From Lophium mytilinum (Eukaryota): 32,202 nucleotides of DNA. A program made the translations under genes and the position numbers. This document shows, one piece after another, positions 1 through 11,979 of this stretch. The notes beneath the pieces are model-generated. The model had not been told where the DNA came from. It ran no database searches and saw only the letters and a list, made by a program, of their open reading frames with translations. Position 1 is the stretch's first letter; each line of letters starts with the position of its first letter. Where the stretch lies: contig MU004198.1 in assembly GCA_010093605.1 (NCBI GenBank), positions 1,490,726 to 1,522,927 of the forward strand. The letters are read 5' to 3'.

Positions 1-511
1 CTAGCCAATTAGGAGATTGGAATGGAAGGGGGGCAGGAGGACCGGGGGTGTTGTTTACTAAAAGGGGGCTTTTGCGGCTCCCGAAAAGGTCGTGCCCAAC
101 TACCAGGTCCCTAGTTGTTTTGAATACGCTTCTAGTATTCGTTTTCAACGGCAAAATGTCTCTCAATGTCGTTGCCTGTCTACACTTTACCTATGTGTAA
201 GGATGCTGGCCTCATTGCAAAGAAATCATCGGCATATTGCGTCGTCGGTGTGCTACGCAGATGGCGAAGGAGGACTATCGCCGCACTCAATGCCTCTCAC
301 ATGATTCTTCGGTTCTTCAGGTAGACAAATCACTTTTAGGGCAAAGTTGTTTTATGCGTATTGAAGGGTATGGTTGGCTTTGTGATAATAAAAGCACATC
401 AGCAGGCCTAAAAGTATTTACGTATACGAACAATATAGTAATGCTTACCACCGACATCTATATCCCATGCAATGAGAATGAATCCAGAACTTCTCGAACC
501 TAAGCGACAAT

Positions 512-1654
512 CTAGGGAAGGCTCTTGAGCAGCGGGAGAGCATAGAGCGCCATCAGCCAGACGGCCCAGAGCGTGTATGTCTTCCGATCTTGCTTCGTGT
601 CGCGTAGGAAGATGATTCGATAGGCTACGATTGAGCCTGGAACGCAGATCTCGGTGTAGCCGATGAAGCCTGAATTCCAGAACCAAGCTGCGGCGAGTGA
701 GAAGAACAATACTGGCACCGCGATGGACCAGCGTGCGATGTTCTCTCCGAAGACGATTGGGAGGGTTCGCCGATCCCTGGCGCGGTCGCCCTCGAGGTCG
801 CGGAGATCTTGTGAGTGCATGGTGATGAGGACTGCGGAAGATACGAGAGCGATCCACTTCATGGCAGTCGGTGTCAAGAGTTCGCTTGCGTCTGATGTGA
901 AGTAAGATGCACGGGCGGTACCAGATGCCAATCGAAGCGATCCCGCGTTGTAGACTCCGTTGCCCGCGGTAGCAATGAGGAAGTTCTTCCAGAAGAAGTT
1001 GTCGCCCAAGTGAAGGTCGTTGTACAGATACATTACGACGTACATGATCGCCATCTCCTCCCACGCTCCGAGGAGGAAGTAGTTGAAGAGAAGTACGGAG
1101 GGAACTCCGATTACCATGCAAAGTCCTGTTTGGGAAGAAGTGATTCGGCCTGCGGGGATGGGTCGATGTGGCTTGTTGATCGTATCCTCGAGGACGCTAT
1201 CAGGAGAGCGTTGGTTGGAGCAGTTGAAGAAGACGCAGAACAGCCAGGCCCATAGTGCAACCGTAGGAACTCGTAGGAGGAGGGTCGGGATCGAGACCGG
1301 AGCGGAAATCAGAGAGCTCCCAGAAAGCGTGCTGAGCGTACCGAAGAGCGTGCATGGGACCACGTAGGTCGGGATGTCGCTTTTCGAGAAGAGATACAAC
1401 GTCTTGAGGAAGTAAAGCGCAGCTTTAGCAGTCTGTAAAACGATGTTAGGCCGATGGCTCATCGTATTTTCCAGCTCAATGTTTGTCCCAACATCCTCGG
1501 AGCTACTTACCTTTGGAGCCAAACCAATCGCCAGGGTCGATGTATCGATTGCAGTCAGCTTCAATTCCAGCTTAGTCCTGCTTTCCCCCTGGCAGAGAGT
1601 CATTGAGCCTTCTTGAAGGCGGGAAGATGTTGACGAAGCCTGTGGTTTCGACAT
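512..1654 (-). CDS. UbiA-superfamily integral membrane prenyltransferase / UbiA-type terpene cyclase-like protein (resembles the fumagillin Fma-TC class); intronless
   Basis: Translation has NQRSPDSVLEDTINKPHRPIPAGRIT, a YND motif and QDLRDLEGDRARDRRTLP (the two UbiA Asp-rich motifs in the N.../QD... form), with multiple hydrophobic helices. The start is uncertain: ATG at 1654 (380 aa) or 1462 (316 aa). A TATA-like run at ~1845-1853 argues against the ORF-track start at 1963. Confidence 0.85.
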   Translation of the reverse strand: MSKPQASSTSSRLQEGSMTLCQGESRTKLELKLTAIDTSTLAIGLAPKVSSSEDVGTNIELENTMSHRPNIVLQTAKAALYFLKTLYLFSKSDIPTYVVPCTLFGTLSTLSGSSLISAPVSIPTLLLRVPTVALWAWLFCVFFNCSNQRSPDSVLEDTINKPHRPIPAGRITSSQTGLCMVIGVPSVLLFNYFLLGAWEEMAIMYVVMYLYNDLHLGDNFFWKNFLIATAGNGVYNAGSLRLASGTARASYFTSDASELLTPTAMKWIALVSSAVLITMHSQDLRDLEGDRARDRRTLPIVFGENIARWSIAVPVLFFSLAAAWFWNSGFIGYTEICVPGSIVAYRIIFLRDTKQDRKTYTLWAVWLMALYALPLLKSLP

Positions 1655-2751
1655 GATAGGCGAACCTGGAATCCGCAGAAAGTTATTCAAGGCGGTATTG
1701 GTGTGTGGGTTGTGGTGTATGGTGTGGTGTATCTGCTGCTGCGAAAATGAGAGGCGCGAGACGAAAGTGTGAACGTCCCAATCTTGTGTCAACAAAGCAA
1801 AGGGGAAGGTTAAGTGAGAAGTCCAGAGCAGCCTTCTCGACAAAATATATATACCGCGGCTCGGCATCATTGGAGATCCCTCCGGTGTCTTACAATTTAC
1901 CCTGTGAAGGAGGATACAAGGTATTGTGCTATCAGGGGTACATTGTATGCGTGGGCAGTGCACCTAGGCATTCCAAATCTGAGAGACACCATTCACAGCC
2001 ACTCTCTTGAATGCTGATCGGTGAATACATCTTGCTAGGAAGTTGAGAGACCGAAGTTGAATGTACCGTATTTGAAACAAGTTGTAGGTACGGAATATAC
2101 CCCGGTACCACAGTACGCAAGTCATGAGCAGCGTGAGCGGATATCTTTCCCTCGATGTCTGAAGGAGTTAGGAAAATTAGCTTTCAGATTCAACGTCGGT
2201 TTTAGGTAACAATGTATTGAGTCAAGATCGAGTGGCGAGAAGGAATTAGTTGCAAGGGATACCCTAGATCTCGTAAGCGTATATGATAGCGAAAAGGGCC
2301 CACCACCATCCTGGCAAACCATTATGTATCCAACCTGAGAAGCTCAAAAGAGTATTTAGACTAGGGAAATGATGTTGTAAGAGCCGAACGGGTAAGAGTA
2401 TAGGTGAAAGCCGTTGTGGCGGAGCGTTTTGGGTCTGCTTGCCTTGGAGGTGGAGAATAAGGCCACCTGCACCGCCCTTTGAATCCCAGAGTCATTTTTG
2501 GGCTAACCGTTGGTAGTAGAACGCGTACATCCTAAGTGAGAAAGCTTGTCCTCAGGTATTTGTCTAACCTATGACCTCGGTGAAGAATATACGCCTACTT
2601 GCTCTGCATTTCGGTGTTGAGGCCATTTTCAGCACATAATGAGCTGTCGTGAATAAGCGGGCATATACCTACTCGAGAACAGATCGTAATGGGACGTTAC
2701 TATCAACTATCTTCCGATCTTCGCTTCGGTGGGACTTCCAAATGAAAGATA

Positions 2752-2968
2752 CAGTGACAGGCCACAAGTCTGGGCACAATGGTACGCCACTGCTTGGGGT
2801 ACCCCCACAGTGGTTCGAATGCTCGAGGGCATAGTCAAGCTTCAAGCAGCGCAGATCAGACTGCCTCTTGATTGATTGCCTGCTTAGCAGTCAGGCTACC
2901 CCAAACAGTGGGGTCGAGTGGGCAGGTTGAAGCCGAATCCGTGTGCCCAGACCTGTGGCCTATAACTG
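2752..2968 (+). mobile_element. Non-autonomous Tc1/mariner-type MITE, copy 1 (217 bp)
   Basis: TA on both sides (2750-2751, 2969-2970). Imperfect 27-bp terminal inverted repeats: CAGTGACAGGCCACAAGTCTGGGCACA ... TGTGCCCAGACCTGTGGCCTATAACTG. A second copy lies at 14858-15071. No coding capacity. Confidence 0.85.
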
Positions 2969-3979
2969 TAAGCTAGCAGCGCGTGGCGCACGACACGAAA
3001 ATAGAAAGTGGAAGTTGCGACAGAGAACTTAGCAACGAAGGAACTAAATAGATGAGAGATGGGATATCAAAAGAACAACCAAAAATACTGCTGAGAGTAT
3101 GACCGACCTCAAGCAAAGAATTGATCTTGAGGGAATTAGAACGAAAACATGAACTTGTTCGAGAGCAAGAGGCAAGACGAGAGGAAAGCTTGCGGGAGAG
3201 ATTAAACCTGTGGCGCAAAGCAAGACCCCAGCGAATCGGGAGTATGTACAAGCTAGAAAATATGTCCTCGCTCGCGAAGCATTAGTAGGCAGAGAACGCT
3301 GCCTCCTAAGAGGCGGAAGGCTCAGCTATGCCCGAAGAGCCTCAAGGACTTGAAGATCTTAGAGCTTACCCCTCGTGAGATGGGGCGATGGCAGTGTCTA
3401 GCGCGATAGCAGTGGCTGGCGCGGTCATGGGCGCCTGTTCCAATGAACGTGACTGTGTCCCCTCAGCCTCCGTTTGGATGAGATGATGTGTGAAAAGGGG
3501 GCGGAAAGGAATTTTGAGAAAGAATAGATAATGCCATCAGCTCAGCCTCTGCTAACCACCTCAACTAAAAATATGAATGATGTTGATCTTGAAAACGAGG
3601 CCCGTCGATGTTGGTGCGAAAGGGAGAGGTGTTGGTGAAAGGAGATACCACGGGCCGCGGCGACCATATCCCTGCCAAACCAGAGCCGGGGGTCAACACT
3701 TAGCGTCATTGGACATCGAAGCTCTCCAACCTCCGCCTACAACCTGAGGTCCCCCACGACACACTCACCACTGCGCCGCGCCAACCCACGACCCTAACAG
3801 CTCTCTACACCATCTACCGAGACAGCAGTACGTCAGTCTATCCCACATCTGGAAAGGTTTCTGCTACCTGCTATATTTGCTGAAGCCTCCTTAGCGCAGC
3901 TCACGCGGACAACACCTCTTGAACGTCATTGATCGCAGCAACCGTTCCTTCGTTTTTGGCCAACCCAAACTCCGCCATC

Positions 3980-4951
3980 ATGTCGTCGAAGAAAAAGGTT
4001 CTCCTCAAGGTATGCATCGCACATTCGACACTGGAGTTTGACGACGTCTAACGCTGCCTTTGCAGGTCATCATCCTTGGCGATAGCGGGGTGGGAAAGAC
4101 CAGCTTGATGAACCAATATGTACGCCGCGCCCTTACGAACATGTCGACTCCATAATCCCCCTCCCGAGGACCGTCCGATGTGTATCCCAAGCTTACATGG
4201 GTCCGCACAGGTCAACAAGAAGTTCAGCGCCAGCTACAAGGCTACGATAGGCGCCGATTTCCTTACGAAGGAGGTTGTGATGGACGACGACCGTGTGGTG
4301 ACATTACAGGTGCGCGACGAAATATCATCTGGGTTGACGGATGCTAAGATACATTAGCTTTGGGACACCGCCGGCCAGGAGCGATTCCAGTCGCTGGGTG
4401 TTGCCTTCTACCGCGGTGCCGACTGCTGCGTCCTGGTCTACGACGTCAACAACTCCAAGAGTTTCGAAACTCTAGAAAGCTGGAGGGACGAGTTCTTAGT
4501 ACAGGCGAGCCCAATGGATCCCGAGAGCTTTCCCTTCGTATGTTGGCCATGAACACTGTAGCAAAAGAAACGACTTTCTCACACGTATCAGGTTGTGATC
4601 GGGAACAAGGTTGATGTCGAGGAGAGCAGACGCATGGTATGAGAAGCCTCGCACGAAATACTGTTCACATATCTGATTGCAGCGATAGATATCCTCGAAG
4701 CGGGCCATGACGTTCTGCCAGTCCAAAGGCGGTCTCTCGTATTTCGAGACCAGCGCGAAGGAGGCTGTGAACGTAGAGGAAGCATTCTCAGGTAGGATTA
4801 ACACACCGCTGACTATAGTGAGCCTTACTAAGACACCGCAGCGATCGCTAAACAGGCTTTGGCCCAAGAAGAAGCGGGAGACTTCAACTCCGACTTCCCG
4901 GAGACTATCCCAATCGATCTGAAGAACGACCGCGACGGTTGCGCGTGCTAG
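3980..4951 (+). CDS. ypt7: Rab7/Ypt7 small GTPase, 206 aa, 7 exons
   Basis: Exons 3980-4009, 4066-4119, 4211-4309, 4358-4537, 4592-4636, 4689-4791, 4842-4951; all introns GT-AG. Motifs: [61 protein letters not shown] and a C-terminal CAC (CXC prenylation signal). Confidence 0.97.
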
Positions 4952-5467
4952 ATGACGTGGATGCAGCGTTAGGCTTAGGTTTTGTACCGGTTCATGGGTC
5001 TTGTTTTCCACCATACCATAGGAGTTTGTGGCTTGCGACTGTTCTTGAATGCTTACAGGCGTCGTTGGCTTTGACAGTGCAAGATCAGTATATTTTCGTC
5101 CTCCTTCAGTCGCATGTTGCAGTAGCGATGTAGATAAGCGTCTAGATACAAACAGACAATAATGCTGTATGACAGCCCTTTGTTTAGAAATGTCGTGCAT
5201 TGTGTGGCTCGTTATAAATGTTCCCCTGAGGCTGACGTAGTGGGGCTGAATGGCGCTGCTTGAGCCGCAACGTTGAAACACCTGCAGGTGGCCTATTATC
5301 CCCGTATCACAATGTCAACCGTCGCCGGTCACGCACGCCTCGCACTCCAGCCTAGCTCACCCCTCGCCGAACTGGTCACCTGCATCGCAATGCGCATGCA
5401 GCCAGTACACTCCACCCGCGCGCCCATCAGCGATAGAATACTCTACTAGCCACGCGACTCCTCGAAT

Positions 5468-7134
5468 ATGTCTCCCGGGCAATCCCCTATTGCTATTGAC
5501 ACTTCTCCAATGCTTCCGCGCGTAGCCAGCATCGACTCCGTATCTTCCGCGGATCTGGACTCCCCAGTGTCGCCCGCGAGCATTGTGAGCGAATGGTCTG
5601 AGGGAAAGCAGCCACAGCCTGGACGATGGCGGCACACGGTCGGCATCATCCTCTTGCTGGCAACCGTCTTCCTCTGGACAGCGTCAAACTTTCTAGCGAG
5701 TGTGAGTAAATCAGCGCTCTGTACCGAGACACATGCTTCTCTGGTCCTGCGGAACCGCCTATCATAGTCTGGAGAAGTCAAAGATGCTGATATTAGATAG
5801 ACCATCTTCGCCGACAATGAGTACTCCAAACCTTATTTCGTAACCTATACGAATACCGCCTTCTTCATAATACCGCTTTTCCCCATGCTCCTACGGCACC
5901 TATACGATGACCGCTTCCGGATGTCGACCTTACGAGAACTCCTACAACGAAGAGTCGGAAAATACAAGCTACTTCGAGATCACGAAGACGAAGATGATAA
6001 CCTGTCCAAGTCGGATGGTAGAAGCCAAAGTTCGCGGCGTAGCAGGTCTCCATCCGCACAAATGCTGTTAGAGGAGGATATGGGCAACTCACAGGAGTTG
6101 AGCGGAAGTGTACATAGCCAGCGGCCTGGCCTAACGTTAGCTGAGACCGCTAAATTGAGTTTGGAGTTTTGCATTCTATGGGTGAGTGCCAGAGATCTCT
6201 ATAGGAAGGCAACTGCTAACATTTGCCTAGTTTCTGGTATGATTTGTTTACATGAAGTAGCTTTTCAAAGCACTAATTAGTTTTCTAGGCCAATTACTTC
6301 GCAGCGGCCTGTCTAGAATATACCACGGTGGCTAGCTCCACTATACTGGCGTCGACAAGCAGTGCGTAGTCTCCAAGAGTAGGAAACGTACCGACTGACG
6401 TCAATCTAGGTATCTGGACCCTATTCAGCGGGTCCATGATGGGCGTTGAGCGCTTCACGCTCAGAAAGCTCTTTGGTGTCCTCGCTTCTCTTGCTGGAAT
6501 TGCTCTGATTTCGACTGTCGATGTCTCTGGTGAAAACGACGAGAACCGGGGAACATTTCCTCACAAATCGCCGCGCGAGCTCGCAATTGGCGATTCGATG
6601 GCCTTTTTCAGCGCCGTACTATACGGCTTTTACGCCGTGCTTATGAAGAAGCGGATTGGAGATGAGAGCAAAGTCAACATGCCTCTCTTCTTCGGACTGG
6701 TCGGACTATTCAATTGCATACTTTTATGGCCCGGCCTCATTATCTTACACGTTACAGGCGTCGAGACGTTTGAGCTTCCCCCAACAAGTCGTATACTCAC
6801 CATCGTCTTAGTGAGTTATGTCTTTCCACAGTTATGTTATTTATAGACTAATATCGTTGACAAGGTCAATTCTGCATCGTCTCTAGTCTCTGACTTCTGC
6901 TGGGCCTACGCGATGCTTCTCACCTCGCCACTAGTTGTGACCGTGGGCCTGAGCCTTACGATCCCGCTATCACTCGTCGGTCAGATGATCCTCGATTCTC
7001 AGTATTCTAGCGCCCTCTACTGGGTGGGCGCAGTCATCATGTTCATCTCATTCATATTTATCAATCACGAGGATAAGAGGGACGAGGATGGACCACCTCT
7101 GTCACAATCTGACTCCAGCCTGATTGTAGCCTGA
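5468..7134 (+). CDS. DMT/EamA-superfamily transporter, THI74/SLC35F5-like, ~454 aa, 6 exons
   Basis: Exons 5468-5701, 5801-6181, 6231-6236, 6289-6361, 6410-6810, 6865-7134 splice in frame. Family-typical segments: YSKPYFVTY, FCILWFLANY, TTVASSTILASTSS, FFGLVGLFN, SDFCWAYAMLLTSPLVVTVGLSLTIPLS. Confidence 0.9.
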
Positions 7135-7718
7135 GATCCGACTCTGGTCACCTGTTTCGAATACATTGTAAAGTGATGATGCATTTACGCTGGTAAGCGC
7201 CGATAGAAAGGTCACTGGCTGGAGTTTTGGTCTTGGGATATACCTCGGGGGAAATGGAGTTAAACGGTATCGTATATATTCGAATGTGAACTGAGAACTG
7301 CTCTGACTTTGGTGATCATGGCACTGGTCAATGAAGACCTTCAGAAGGTAGCAAGATACTTGCGTTTGCAGAATCTGTTTTCTGATCGCAATACTCCTAA
7401 CCTTAACGTCTGAAAACCAAGTTCGAGCTGGAACTAGATTCGTGTTAACATTAGGGTGGTCCACCTCGCTGACATGTTTCTACCACTATCTTGATTCCAC
7501 TGATCTATGGATGCCTTTTGGTGCGCTAGTCTCTTTACATGCCGTATTTGTTAAGGCTGGTCAGCGACCATATGCAAGCCATGGTTGAGCATTTTTGTCC
7601 CACTATGTTACGTCCGACAGGCAAAAAAGAAGCACATGGTCTTCTCTCTGGCGGCTTCCTGTTTTCCCCGAACAACCGCATCAAACACTCTACCTCGAGT
7701 CGACGCCCTCTCATCACC

Positions 7719-9260
7719 TTGAGGGCCTTTGTTCTGTGTTGTCTGCTTGTTTTGGCCACTACTTATGTGCCTCTTTCTTCTGCTGCTTTCAAGAAGGATG
7801 AGTGGCACCGTGTGAAAGGAGACGACGTTACGTATCAGTATTTCGAACATGCGGCCACCGGAGTCAAGCTTAAAGTGGAGAAAAATTCTGGAATCTGCGA
7901 GGAGACGCCAGGAGTCAATCACTATCCGGGTTACGCTTCGTTTAACGAAGATGAGCATATGTATTTCTGGTAAGTCATTAAATTCTGCCACTGAGCTACG
8001 TCAGACAAGTTTCCACACATTGGGTGCAAGGCGCCTCACAATGCTAACCATCTAAAGGTTCGTTGAGGGTCGTAACAGCCCTACTATCGCGCCTTTTGCA
8101 ATAAATTTGGCGGGTGGGCCAGGAGGCGCAAGCATGGCGGAGCTGTTCATACAGCTCGGCTTCGTTACTCCGAGGATGGTGCAAGCACGCCGACGAGCAG
8201 TAACACGTACAACCTCAACCACACTGTCAACATGATCTACATTGACCAACCCATCGAGGCTGGTTTCTCTTACGGGCTCAATGTCGTTGGGTCGACTGAT
8301 GCCGCGGCCCCTTACGTCTGGAATCTACTGCAGGCCTTCTTCGCGGGCTTTGACGAGTACGAGAACCAGGACTTGAGTATAATCACGTCTTCCTACGGTG
8401 GCCATTACGGGGCAGTGTTTGCCGACAAAATCCAGCAGCAAATCAAAAAGATTGATTCAGGATCTGGAAACAGCAAAAGGATCGAAATCGCGACACTGGT
8501 TCTCGGAAACGGCTGGTACGACGGCGCGATTCAGTACAAGGCGATCATAGAATACAGCCGCAATAATACCTACAGACCTTTGATCAGCAAACTCAAGGCC
8601 GAGGAGTACTTGCGGGAGTATTACTTGCATTGTCTCCCTGCACAAAGGCTGTGCGATGATGACTTGGGGAACTTTAAAAAGTGCGAGGATGTTTACTGGA
8701 AATGTGGCATAAAACGCAGCCTGCTCAGCAACCGAGATTTCTACGTCTATGATATTCGCCAGAGCGATGAAGACGGGTTCAGAGGAAATAACCTGGCATT
8801 GGAGAAGGAAGTACGGGCGAAACATAATTACTAGAGCCGTCCGGATGTAATGCAGGCGATCGGGGCCAAGTCATCATGGGAATATTCCTCAGACAGAGTA
8901 TACAAGAGGTTCGGCCTCTACAGTGATTCGAGTCACTCAGCCTTAGACGCTTTCAGTAAAGTGGTCCGCAGTGGCGTTACTACTCTCAGTTACGCCGGTG
9001 ATGCTGACATGGTAGACGATTGGTTTGGCAACCTCGACGTCGCAGACGATATCGACTACGATGGCACGTCTTCTTTCGCCAGCAAACGACTTGTTCCGTA
9101 TGCAGTAAACGGGACTGTGAAAGGAGAATTCAAGACCTTCCAAAACTTGTCATTTCTCCGTGTCTACGATGCTGGACATGCAGCTAGGCATGATCAGCCG
9201 GCATTGGCGTTCCAGGCGTTCAATCAGACGATGCGGAAGAAGGCTATATCGCCTACTTAG
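7719..9260 (+). pseudogene. Serine carboxypeptidase (peptidase S10, carboxypeptidase S1-like) pseudogene
   Basis: Motifs SGICEETPGV..YPGY, GGPG, NMIYIDQPIEAGFSY, SSYGGHYG (Ser), GDAD (Asp) and RVYDAGH (His); intron 7970-8057. Lesions: the signal peptide begins with TTG at 7719, a frameshift near 8160, and an in-frame TAG at 8832-8834. Confidence 0.82.
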
Positions 9261-10397
9261 CGGCCTGGATCACTTTTAGTTGCTGGGCATAGTCCAAGGT
9301 TGATAGGTAGATGGAGTTGGTAGACACCCTTTGTAATATATATTGTCTTGCTAAAACTTTAGGGGCACGTTTGTTAGTTCTGGGTATTCCTGGACGGTAG
9401 CGAGGGGATGATGAGACGATTTAATAGCTCAGGCTCCCAATCGAGCAACTGGACTGGATATGTCATGAATGATTCCGATATTCGCTCTTCGTAGACACTG
9501 CCGAGTTACATTGCTAGAGAACGAAAGTAACAACAGCGTGAACCAGCCATCTATCTACAACAAAACCTCATGCAATGAATTTCCCATTTATCACAAACAC
9601 GGCTTATAGTTCCAATTGACACTTTGCCGCTTTGGAAGAACTCTAGCATGCATAAAGACAAGAGTGCGATTTCAAAAACCTAAGAGCGCGTATTGAGCCA
9701 CTATGCGTCACGATCGATAGCTAGCTATCGTGAAGCTTCTACAGATCTTTGTGCATTTAAGATAGAATTAAGTGGAGGGAGATTTTGCGCGGGGCTAAGA
9801 CCGGAGTTAATTGTCTTTTCCCAAAGTGACTGCTGCTCCTCGTCCGCAGAACCAATCTTCTGACTTTTAACGCACCTCTACAAAGGTACGTCGGCGTAAT
9901 AAGTGACCGAATTTCTGCATACAGAAACTGCTCGACACCAGGGGGGTAGAATGTTAGGCCGTAGAGGAACACTTGTTACTCCGATATAGAGCTCACGTCC
10001 TTCGTAGTTGAAACTCTAATCGCGACGCTCTAGAGCCAATCAAACGTCTATGTTTTTCAGGCGCGCAGCCCTAGCAAATCTACTCTCCCACAACTTTCTC
10101 AAAAAGAGGGGTTGGCTTCGGCCTAGTTTCGACAGTGAGATCATCTATGCAGCCAAGGTGACTGAATCCAATCAGCACCACGGTGCTGACATATCTTTCC
10201 TCCAACGAATCACTGTCAATGTCCTATGGTGTGTACTATGTGCCTTCCGTCGAAGGGTCTATAAGTATCAGCCATTTTCCAACTCGTCATCTTCTCTAGT
10301 TCAACACTCTATTGATATACCTCTACAACCCTCCCGAGGCCGTCTTCGTATTTCAATCGTCTCACGACAAGCCAAGATCTCCCTTGATTCCATCACA

Positions 10398-11255
10398 ATG
10401 CCTGCTCCCGTGCTCCTTTTCTTCGGTGCCGGCCCCAATGTCGGCCTATCGGTGATGAAGAAGTTCCGCGCAGACGGATACAAGATCGCTGCCGTTGCCC
10501 GCAGCGAGAAGCCTGAGATCACAGCCGCCGCAGACAAATTCATCGTTGCGGATTTGACAGCCGATCCGGCGAATGTCACCGCCATATTCAAAGAAGTGCA
10601 GGAAACACTCGGCCGCCCAAGCGTAGTCGTTTACAATGGTTTGTTGCAGTGCTCGCACTCTCTTCTTGCGTGACTATGCTGTAACAGATATGCTAACGCA
10701 CTATCCATAGCGTACGGCGCTACCTTCGCCATGGACGGCAGCGACCCCTTCAAAGGCGTGTCTCCTCAAGACCTCGAGAAAAACCTCAAAATCAATACTG
10801 TCTCCGCCTATGCCGCGGCCGCCGCTTTCGTAGCTCTACCCGCGCCAGCTAACCCTTCTGACCCGAACGTCTTCATCTACACCGGCAACATGCAAGGTGC
10901 GCTACTCGTTGACCAGACTATGACGCTCGGTGTCGGCAAAAACGCGTCCTACTACTTTATCGAGCTCGCGGCAAACACCTACGGCAAAGCTACACCAGCC
11001 GGATCGAAAGGGTTTTGGTACGTGGCGGATGAACGTACCAAAGAAGGATTTAGTGTCATGTCGCAAATTGATGGAGAGGCGCACGCGGAGTATTATGCGG
11101 AGCTAGCTAGATCGAAAGAGCAGGGACCTTGGAATGCGACCTTTGTGAAGGGGAAAGGGTATGTGGACTTCGAGACCAACAGGGATAGGCCGCTCGCAAG
11201 TGTCGCTGGGTTAATGCAGCAGATTGGAGCAAAGTGGCCGCCGGCTGGTTACTGA
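10398..11255 (+). CDS. Short-chain dehydrogenase/reductase-like NAD(P)-binding Rossmann-fold protein, 261 aa
   Basis: Exons 10398-10638 and 10711-11255 (intron GTTTGT...GCTAAC...TAG). N-terminal GAGPNVG, VARS, ADL, VVYNA, FIYTGN and LGVGK. Good start context (ACAATG); TATAA near 10260. Confidence 0.88.
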
Positions 11256-11979
11256 GGTGTGATTGGGCCGGCAGTTGCTATGAGTTCCAAGTATACACTT
11301 TCACCTTGTTCTGGGCCCTCAGGATACTGTACTGATTGCATTGAAACTAGCTGTGATGCTCCTAATTCTACTATTAAAGCATATAAGTCGCTAATAGCAA
11401 GAAGATTACTTACAGAAGCCTGTAATCAGAAGGTCTGTAAACCAGAATTGAGCTAAATTTGCCGTGCGTCTTTTTGCACTCAGGTTAGGCTCTCTCTTTC
11501 TAATGACAGTTATTTCCTTGTTTTAACTAGTCTGAAATTGCAATGCCGTGCTGTTTAGCTGTATCTACGCCCTTGCCGCCGCCGATTGCGATTCTCTAGC
11601 GGCCTTTCCAACCCACCATCCAACGTAAGTTCGGTAGAACCCAGTTCGGACTTCTTAAGCTCGGTCGACTTCATAATGAGGCGTATTAAAACGAAGGCCC
11701 GGAAAAGGCTATCTTCATCGTCGATTAAGACCATAGAAGGATAACGAGTAGTGGTACAACATTATTAGACCCCCAAACCAGCTAAATACTAGATTCCAAA
11801 GACTTAACCTTTTTCATGCGAACAGTTCTCATACACGAAAATTCCACTTGTTTAGCTTCGTGGCTAATTGACTATATCAATTCATTGTGCCCTGAGTACG
11901 CATTGGCCAGTAACTAGTAATCCACCTCACCCTCGTCGTAGCCGTACTCATCCTCCTCAAAGTGGCTGAATGTGTCTCT

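Noticed and set aside
1655..1963. N-terminal extension giving a 483-aa UbiA ORF
   Set aside because: It spans a TATA-like element and UTR-like sequence and has no family-like features; probably an open 5' region.
4791..4841. Possible stwintron in the last Rab7 intron (G|GTAGGA...CTGACTATAG|TGAGC...CAG)
   Set aside because: The two component introns would be only 27 and 24 nt, and two-step removal shifts the frame. The single 50-nt intron gives the correct C-terminus.
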